This document shows positions 56,078-64,000 of a stretch of 64,000 bases of DNA, piece by piece; the stretch's first letter is position 1, and each line of letters begins with the position of its first letter. The translations under genes and the position numbers were made by a program. Origin of the DNA: Octopus vulgaris (Eukaryota); assembly GCA_951406725.2 (NCBI GenBank), contig OX597815.1, forward strand, positions 182,404,001-182,468,000, read 5' to 3'. Below the pieces are notes generated by a model. It had not been told where the DNA came from and ran no database searches. It saw only the letters and a program-made list of their open reading frames with translations.

Positions 56078-56293
56078 AAATAAGGATTCAGATAGAGTCA
56101 GGTACTTGAAAATGTATGCACCAGTTAGGGTTGAATAAGCATCAAATAGGATATTCAAGTTGCTTACAGAGAGGAAACCAACCCCATGCGTATTTGGCAT
56201 CTAGGGGCTGGTCCAAATCACGCGTTACTGTTAATAGTACGTTGCTGGTATACTCTATGGTGTCCGACATATCGTAAATCCCCTTGGTGTATT

Positions 56294-56390
56294 ATAATCA
56301 AATGAATAACATACGATGAATATTTGTCAGCTCATGAGAGCTGTAATGAGCTGATTATTATTCATCGTATGTTACTATTCATTAGATTAT
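56294..56390. repeat. Imperfect inverted repeat, about 43-bp arms
   Basis: acatacgatgaata...tcagctcat versus atgagctga...tattcatcgtatgt. Confidence 0.85.
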
Positions 56391-56395
56391 CTATC

Positions 56396-56449
<54 letters not shown>

Positions 56450-56465
56450 CCTATCTACCTACCTA

Positions 56466-56519
<54 letters not shown>

Positions 56520-56710
56520 GACCGCATGTGTACCGTTTGCGATTTTTTTCCTCTGTCTTCCCTTCTCTGAATCTTTCCGACGAAGAGCTCCACTCGAAAC
56601 GTTAAACCCTCCTTCTTCCCTTCTTTCCTGAACGTCCAAAAATACTAAATTTGTTCCACATCCTCGCGTTGTTGTGTTTTCTCTTTGTGTTTTCATGTTT
56701 GGATTAACTT
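56520..56710 (+). mobile_element. Short TA-flanked element with a variant hammerhead (56574-56606)
   Basis: ttt-CCGACGA-a-gagc-tcc-actc-GAAA-cgt-T-aaa; same family as 23375-23550. Confidence 0.72.
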
Positions 56711-56760
56711 TATATATATATATATATATATGCATACATACATACCATACATACCATACA

Positions 56761-56815
<55 letters not shown>

Positions 56816-58077
56816 TGTGATCACGTGACCGACCAGGCTATCAGATGTTGCTACACATCACTGGTCACAATGCGCTTCACATTGTTTTAGCCCTCAAATG
56901 ACGCCACCCCGCTGGCTAAGCGAGCAGGCCAATATGTATATATATATCCTTTTACACATCATTTTATGGTGAATGTTTGTGCCCTTTTGCATTTAATATG
57001 TCCTTTCCCAATACCTTATTTCTATTTTCCACAATCTGATTTCTCCATAAGTTTTTTTTTATAATCTTAACACTTTAATTAATAAGCTAAAAACAACGAT
57101 CCGCAAGTTCTTCGGAAATTGAACAATATCTGTGAATCCGATACTAAATTGTAGAATGGTAGTTAAGATAATTTTACCAGAGTAGTTTGTTATCTCTTCA
57201 GTTCTTTCTTTAATCATACAGTTTTATTGACACAGCCACGAAGTTCCATGATCATATATTAGAACAAATTACCAAACTCTCAAGATTTTCTAATAAAGGC
57301 GGAAAACCACAAATTAAACAGAAGGGTGCAATTGATTAAATCGATTCTAGTAATTGACTGCTACTTGATTTTACCAATCTCGGTAAAGCGATATTACAGT
57401 TTTCACTGAGAGAGACTTCATCGGTTGTTGGTCACCGCGAGGAATAGAATACTTTTATAATTTTAAATATTTTATAATTTTATAGAATATTTTATTGCAG
57501 GATGAAACAAGAGAAAGGCTTATTTTCAAACCGTAGAGATTTTATCATCTCGCGCAGGTGTTGGATTTTCCCCATTTACTTTTGAGGACGCAGAGCGACC
57601 TCGACTCCTTGAATCGAATTCCAGCAATATATTCGATTATAACTTTTCCCAGTAATACAATTTACTATGATATCGGAGATAATCGTTCTGAAAACTTTAA
57701 TATTATGTATGGCAACAATATTAACTATTGTAAGTCTGCATGTGAACAGCATATTTTCTAAACGTCTGTCCATATACCGAGATATAAAGCATAAATATCA
57801 TATGAATTCCACAGTCTGCATATATGTAATACGAGATGGTAAAAGACAATTAGAAAGAGAACCTTGGTGTCTCAGTGAGATAAAAACGGACAGAAGGAAA
57901 ATGCGTAAGTGGAAATTGAATAAAAAGTGTTATATTTCCGAACAGGAGTAATTTTATGAATAAATATATAAAAATATTGCATCTATGCAGACATATACTG
58001 AAACACAAGCAACTCCCAACCCATCCCATATATGCAGGAAGTAATTTTATCATTCCTCCTGAACTAACATATATACT

Positions 58078-58292
58078 CTTTTACTCTTTTACTCTTTTAC
58101 TTGTATCAGTCATTTGACTGCGGCCATGCTCGAGCACCGCTTTTAGTCGAGCAAATCGACCCCGGGACTTATTCTTTGTAAGCCCAGTACTTATTCTATC
58201 GGTCTCTTTTGCCGAACCGCTAAGTGACGGGGACGTAAACACACCAGCCTCGGTTGTCAAGCAATGCTAGGGGGACAAACACAGACACACAA

Positions 58293-58367
<75 letters not shown>

Positions 58368-58533
58368 TACGACAGGCTTCTTTCAGTTTCTGTCTACCAA
58401 ATCCACTCACAAGGCATTGGTCGGCCCGGGGCTATAGCAGAAGACACTTGCTCAAGGTGCCACGCAGTGGGACTGAACCCGGAACCATGTGGTTGGTTAG
58501 CAAGCTACTTACCACACAGCCACTCCTGCGCTA
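58078..58533 (-). mobile_element. Full-length SINE family B with an internal (TA)/(TG) microsatellite
   Basis: Minus strand: gcgcaggagtggctgtgtggtaag (A box), ggttcagtccc (B box), accttgagcaagtgtcttctgctatagcc (CORE-like), tail stem-loop and (gagtaaaa)n. Confidence 0.92.
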
Positions 58534-58682
58534 TATATAAAAGCAATTAAGATTCAAGTCATTTCCAATGAATTCACTTGAATGTGGTACTTAACTTAGA
58601 TGCACCAGAAAACTATATGGTGTTAACCATACAGTAATGTGGGGTGATTATAAACGAGAAAGAAGCAACAAGAATGGATTAG

Positions 58683-58775
58683 TTTTTAGTACAATTGTTT
58701 CATACAAAGACAGGCTTTATTAAAAGTTGCAAATATTGCAGCAGATAAAAGTGTCCCGTACTCATCAGCTAAAAC
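58683..58775 (-). ncRNA. Type I hammerhead ribozyme motif (mirror copy)
   Basis: Exact reverse complement of 58856-58948. Confidence 0.8.
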
Positions 58776-58855
58776 ACATATGAGTTCTGCAAACATCTTA
58801 GTGGGTGAGGCTACACTCAGCCTCACCCACTAAGATGTTTGCAGAACTCATATGT

Positions 58856-58948
58856 GTTTTAGCTGATGAGTACGGGACACTTTTATCTGCTGCAATATTT
58901 GCAACTTTTAATAAAGCCTGTCTTTGTATGAAACAATTGTACTAAAAA
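58856..58948 (+). ncRNA. Type I hammerhead ribozyme motif
   Basis: ttttag-CTGATGA-gtacgggaca...tgtctttgtat-GAAA-caattg-TA-ctaaaa: canonical core, 6-bp stem I, extended stem II with G-U pairs, palindromic stem III, GUA triplet. Confidence 0.82.
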
Positions 58949-60343
58949 CTAATCCATTCTTGTTGCTTCTTTCTCGTATATATATATATATATATATATA
59001 ATCTCCTTGTTATTAAAGGATCTGCCATAAATGTTCAATAGGATTCGGCTCTGAAGTCCGTCTAATACGAAACAATATTTCAACATCCATTGTGTGGAGA
59101 TGCACTTGGGCTAATTTTGATAGAATAAAAAGCAGTTATTACCATGATGGTGTAATGTCGGTCTAGGACAAGGAAGCTGTTTTGTGAAGAAAAGCGTGAA
59201 ACCATTAGAGTTGCAAGCAATACGTTTTGTGATATTTCGCGACGCATGTTTATGCTTTGATTTCAAATTACACCACGGGGACGTATAGTTTAATTCTTCT
59301 GAAGTTGGCGAAATAAACTATCAATGAAATATAAAAAGACAGTTTCATTCATTGTACATCTCATTAAATTACAATGATAAAAGTTATTTTCCGGCTTAAT
59401 TTATCGTATTACAGGCTGTCGAATCAAATTGGGTAGTTAATAAAATCACCTTATATTCAAGTCAGTCTAAGGCAAAATCCACTAAACTTTTCGTTCGACT
59501 TGCTTCAAAACTATAAATCACAAGGTCTAAGTACCGATTGGCTTACTACAAATATCAACGATATAAACCTGACGTTAGTTACATCCTAATATCATGAAAA
59601 AGGGAAAGCTTATTGGGTAATGCATTCGTATGTATCCTTAAACAGATAGGATGGTTCTCTCTGGACCATCTTTGATGATGTCTTTGATCGATCGTGGTTG
59701 GACAAGTGCTAAACAACACCCATACTTGTTATCCTGATTTATTTGAGAAGATAATATTTCAGAGGAATTTATAGAGCATTCCAATTGAAGAACTCGACAT
59801 TTATGTCTGCACTACAAATATTACTATATATTCTATAACTCTTAGTGTTCATGCTCAAACAATACCAGTTTAAAAAGTTTCCCTTTATTTTTCAGGTACA
59901 TTTTTGCTTCTTTCTTCTTTCCTTTTTTAGAATGTAATTATCCAAGAAAGAGAAAAATTGTGTCCCTTCTGTCAATAGTGTTTAGTTTAGAGAACATTCT
60001 TCGATATTCTAAACTCAATCGATAGCAATTCATAACAATAAATTGAGAAAAATATTGGCAAAATATAAGTTTAGATGCAAAGAGTAGTTACAAGGGCAAT
60101 ATTGTAAATTACGGTAAATAGAGAGAAAAATGAAGTGTTTTTAAATTTCTACTGAAATAATATATCTTTATCATGGAATATTCTAAAATGATTAGTCAAT
60201 CATAACGCCGTTTTTTTAATTGGCTATAAAAATACATACAAACACACACACACACACACAAAAATACACATTCACACACGCACACACACACATATATTTA
60301 TGTATATAAAATCAATGTATTTTTGTGTGTGTGTATCGTTATG

Positions 60344-60423
<80 letters not shown>

Positions 60424-60428
<5 letters not shown>

Positions 60429-60522
60429 GTAAATGTAATATGTGACAATTATTCGGTAGCCGAGATAAAACTCCAAGATTCGGATGCTGAGGTGGAAATG
60501 TCACATATTACATTTACAGATA
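60424..60522. repeat. Perfect 24-bp inverted repeat with a 51-nt spacer, within a TA-flanked insert
   Basis: tatctgtaaatgtaatatgtgaca versus tgtcacatattacatttacagata. Confidence 0.92.
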
Positions 60523-60580
60523 AATTCCTCTATTTACATAATACCGAGGTCTCTTTCTTTTGTTATCTTACCGTTTTTAT

Positions 60581-60637
<57 letters not shown>

Positions 60638-60849
60638 TATATGTGTGTGTATAATTATAGGCGCAACTTCGAAATCACTGTCATCATGTTGTAATTTCTT
60701 GTTTTAAGTACTTCCTTTAACGTTTGAGTGTCTCGAGTCGCTCAGTATGTTTATTCATAACACATAAAGATCAATATGCGTGTGTGTGTATGTTTGTACG
60801 AAACCATTATGTAATGCAGGCATTTTTAAGAGAATAGTTTCCTTTTACA

Positions 60850-61450
60850 ACTTTCTGAAACATAATTATTGTTTCCAGCAAAAAAAAAAAGATCAACCGA
60901 CCAAATACAAACGTGGATTGTTGATGTAGTTTGTGAATGAGTTTGACTTTTCTGCAGAAAAACTTGTCGAAGCAAATAAGAAAATATCTTCGCTTTTCAT
61001 ACTTTATTGCTGGACAATGTGGCTTTCTCTTGTATTTCACTAGATATAGTTTTAGTTTGAATAATATAAATGCATTGTAAGTATCTCTGTGGTTAAAAAA
61101 AAAGCATTCCTGAGCAGCTTACCATTAGTTTGTTGCTTGTTATTCTCCGCTGCCATTTTTCACAGACTCTATAAGTATTGTTCTTCTTCCTGAGTGGATG
61201 CTAAAAATAACTTCTCTGTTATTCATTCTGTTTTGCCGGCTAATACTTCATACTTCTCAATGTTACCATCCGTTTTATGGCATCGTGATTAACTGTGCAG
61301 ATATTTTCAGATACATTAGTCAAGGATCCTTCAATTAACTTTTCATGACATTATGAGTGTCATTTTGTCTTTAATGAGGAACCACTTTTGAATTGTAGCC
61401 ATAGTACTCCGAACCTATACCACCAGGCACGTTCCGTATTGACTGAAAAG
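60850..61450 (-). mobile_element. Possible very old Tigger/pogo N-terminal fragment
   Basis: Minus strand STMATIQK...KDKM (cf. STVxTIxKxKDKI) and an AAQECF segment (cf. ASxGWF); weak. Confidence 0.35.
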
Positions 61451-61714
61451 GTAAGGAAACACAAAATGCTATTGTCTTAACGTATCTGATCAATACAATG
61501 GAAGCGAAACAAATCGAAATATATTTGCTTCGAGAAACCATAGAGAAAGAAATATTTCAAACAATATCGACATGTGATTTAATTATCCCTCTTCATAGGA
61601 GGTCGTGTAATACTGGTGCAGAATTACATTCTCAATGAATTAGAAAAATGTGACTGGGTTCTCACCAGTCTCATTTATTCGATCAATAATAATCAGAAAG
61701 ACAGCAACAGCAGT

Positions 61715-62128
61715 GGAGGTGCAATGGCCCAGTGGTTAGGGCAGCGGACTCGCGGTTGGAGGATCGCGATTTCGATTCCCAAACCGGGGGCGTTGAGTGT
61801 GTTTATATAGCGAAAACACCTAAAGCTCCACGAGGCTCCGGCAGGGGGTGTGTGGCGACCCCTGTTGTACTCTTTCGCTCCAACTTTCTCTCACTCTTTC
61901 TTCCTGTTTCTTGTCCCCGACTTCCTACGCAACCGCTGAGCCTGGATGCGCATTCATCCATCCGTCTTTGCTCTCGGTGTCGGGGGGGTTGACCTGCTGT
62001 TCTCTTCTGCGGGTTTTACGAATAGCAAAAGGACCACGTTTCGGAGTTCCCCCACTACAGACAATCCTGAGGCGCGATCTTGCGAGCTCTGGGACGAAGA
62101 CCGCTTCGCTCAGCAAACAAACAAACAA
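61715..62128 (+). mobile_element. SINE family D, tRNA(Arg)-like head, (CAAA)n tail
   Basis: tggcccagtggttagggcagcggacTCGcgg...gatttcgattccc head; TSD acagcaaca on both sides. Confidence 0.85.
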
Positions 62129-62395
62129 ACAGCAACATCTGACTCGAAACTAATTTTGAAGAGTTCATTTATTTCAAACACAAACGTTTCCCAAGTTTCA
62201 GTTTTCATACTTTTTTGGAGGGGTGGGTAAGTTGCTATCAGCTTAAATGAAATTAAAACCTTAAAACTGGGTGTCGAAACAGAATGGGGGCATATTATTT
62301 TCTACAAAATTAATATGAAATTACTTCAAATAAATGAAAAATATAGATGGCCAATTTTTATGCAATGATTATGTCTCTTTGAGTATTAGATTTAC

Positions 62396-62978
62396 CAGAA
62401 ACGTTAGCACGCGGGGCGAAATGCGTAGCCGTATTTCGTCTGCCGTTACGTTCTGAGTTCAATTTCCGCCGAGGTCGACTTTGCCTTTCATCCTTTCGGG
62501 GTCGATAAATTAAGTATCAGTTATGCACTGGGGTCGATATAATCGACTTAATCCGTTTGTCTGTCCTTGTTTTTCCCCTCTGTGTTTAGCCCCTTGTGGG
62601 TAGTAAAGAAATAGGTGTTTCGTCTGCCGTTACGTTCTGAGTTCAAATTCCGCCGAGGTCGACTTTACCTTTCATCCTTTCGGGGTTGATTAAATAGGTA
62701 CCAGTTACGCACCGGGGTCGATATAATCTACTTAATCCGTTTGTCTGTCTTTGTTTGTCCTCTCTGTTCTTAGCCCCTTGTGGGTAGTAAAGAAATAGGT
62801 ACTTCGTCTGCCGTTACGCTCTGATTTCAAATTCCGCCGAGGTCGACTTTGCCTTTCATCCTTTCGGGGTCGATAAATTAAGTACCAGTTACGCACTGGG
62901 ATCGATGTAATCGATTTAATCCGTTTGTCTGTCTTTGTTTGTCCTCTCTGTTCTTAGCCCCTTGTAGTAATAAAGAAA
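62396..62978 (+). mobile_element. SINE family A trimer, 5'-truncated
   Basis: Three 184-bp units; 9-bp TSD tagatttac at 62387-62395 and 62979-62987. Confidence 0.92.
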
Positions 62979-63039
62979 TAGATTTACTGTGTTTTGATTT
63001 GAAATATTATGTGGGTCACTGTAAGAATGGAAATAATAG

Positions 63040-63228
63040 TTTCAAATTTTAGCGCAAATCAAGCGATTCAGGAAAAGGGATTGGTCGGTTACATCGACAC
63101 TAGTGCTCACCCAAAATGGTAAAAAGCAAAGTGGGCCTCACCGGAATCTGAACACAGTACGTAATGGCGGACGAAATGCTGGTAAGAGTTTTTCCGGCTC
63201 GGTATGAATTCTGTAAGCTCGCCGCCCT
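63040..63228 (-). mobile_element. Old SINE family A copy
   Basis: Ends ttctgtaagctcgccgcc (reverse head); diverged body. Confidence 0.75.
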
Positions 63229-64000
63229 AACATTTAATCAATATTGAGGTAAAAAAAACTAAGTCCATCGACGTTGTGTATTTAGTGCAAGTATACCTTT
63301 AATTCACAATAATTGCTTCATATTTAAAGCATTCGATCTGAACTGAAGCATGAGACACCGAACTACGATTTAGCAGGGAAATACTTATGAAATACTTCAA
63401 AAATAATATCTCACAGATTTGTAGTAGTCATTTTCCTTGCAGCAGATTTCTACGACATTCTAAATACAAATTCATATGTTAGTAAAAGACAAAGATTCAT
63501 GATAGTCGAGAGCCAAGTAAGAATTATTGCTGCAAGGAAAACAATAACACTTTTGTCTATCAGTTGAGATATAACTTAAGTGTTGATAGTGTTTTCTTCT
63601 ATGTCCCAGGATTTAAGTGAGGCATAACTGGAAAGTGCATCTCAATTTAATGTTCAGTTTTATAATAATATTCTGACTATTACTATTCAACTCAACAGAT
63701 TGTCGAAATTACATGATGCTGCACTTATTAGGCTAACCCCTAATAAGTGGGAGAATGGGTAAGTCGATTACACCAACCCAAGTAGTCAACTGGTACTTAT
63801 TTCATCGACCCCAAACTTTTGAAAACCAAGTCAACCTTGGCAGAATATATGGATTTTAAAAACTTTTACAGTGTACCGAGCAAATCTCTTTAATTCATTT
63901 TATTTTTTATTATATCCTAATTTTGATTATTTACATTATTTGCATTTGACGGATATTTGTCCTCATCTTGTTTGTTGTTAACTCAACGTTTCGGCTAATA

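Larger units (their letters stand above)
58654..58977. repeat. Perfect palindrome: 159-bp arms, 6-nt spacer
   Basis: Block-by-block check: 58654-58812 is the exact reverse complement of 58819-58977; spacer acactc. Confidence 0.97.

Noticed and set aside
57501-57557. Possible + strand micro-exon (ttgcag|GATGAAAC...GCAG|gtgttg)
   Set aside because: Weak donor, no recognisable peptide, no supporting neighbouring exons
61715-61790. tRNA-Arg(TCG)-like sequence as a tRNA gene
   Set aside because: Stems are broken and it continues into a SINE body with tail and TSD

Overview
AT-rich, repeat-saturated eukaryotic DNA with no confidently identifiable host protein-coding gene. The dense (TA)n/(CA)n/(TACA)n/(TAGA)n tracts and the SINE inventory point to a cephalopod, probably Octopus (inference from recalled repeat families). 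Almost all listed ORFs are microsatellite artefacts. Recognisable elements: several tRNA-derived SINE families (one forming 184-bp head-to-tail multimers), decayed Penelope-like (RT + GIY-YIG), R4/Dong-like RLE and CR1-group LINEs, maT/mariner and Tigger transposase relics, two non-autonomous Helitrons and a hAT MITE. The most interesting signal is a set of unrelated short (150-400 bp) elements embedded in (TA)n tracts that each carry a type I hammerhead ribozyme motif with a palindromic stem III. They often fold back as inverted repeats, including a perfect 159-bp-arm palindrome with a hammerhead on each strand (58654-58977). A variant hammerhead also sits in the 3' end of the local Penelope-like element, which is a candidate mobiliser. 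A 385-bp, TSD-flanked, highly structured RTE-like element (11710-12094) is a second candidate structured or catalytic RNA.
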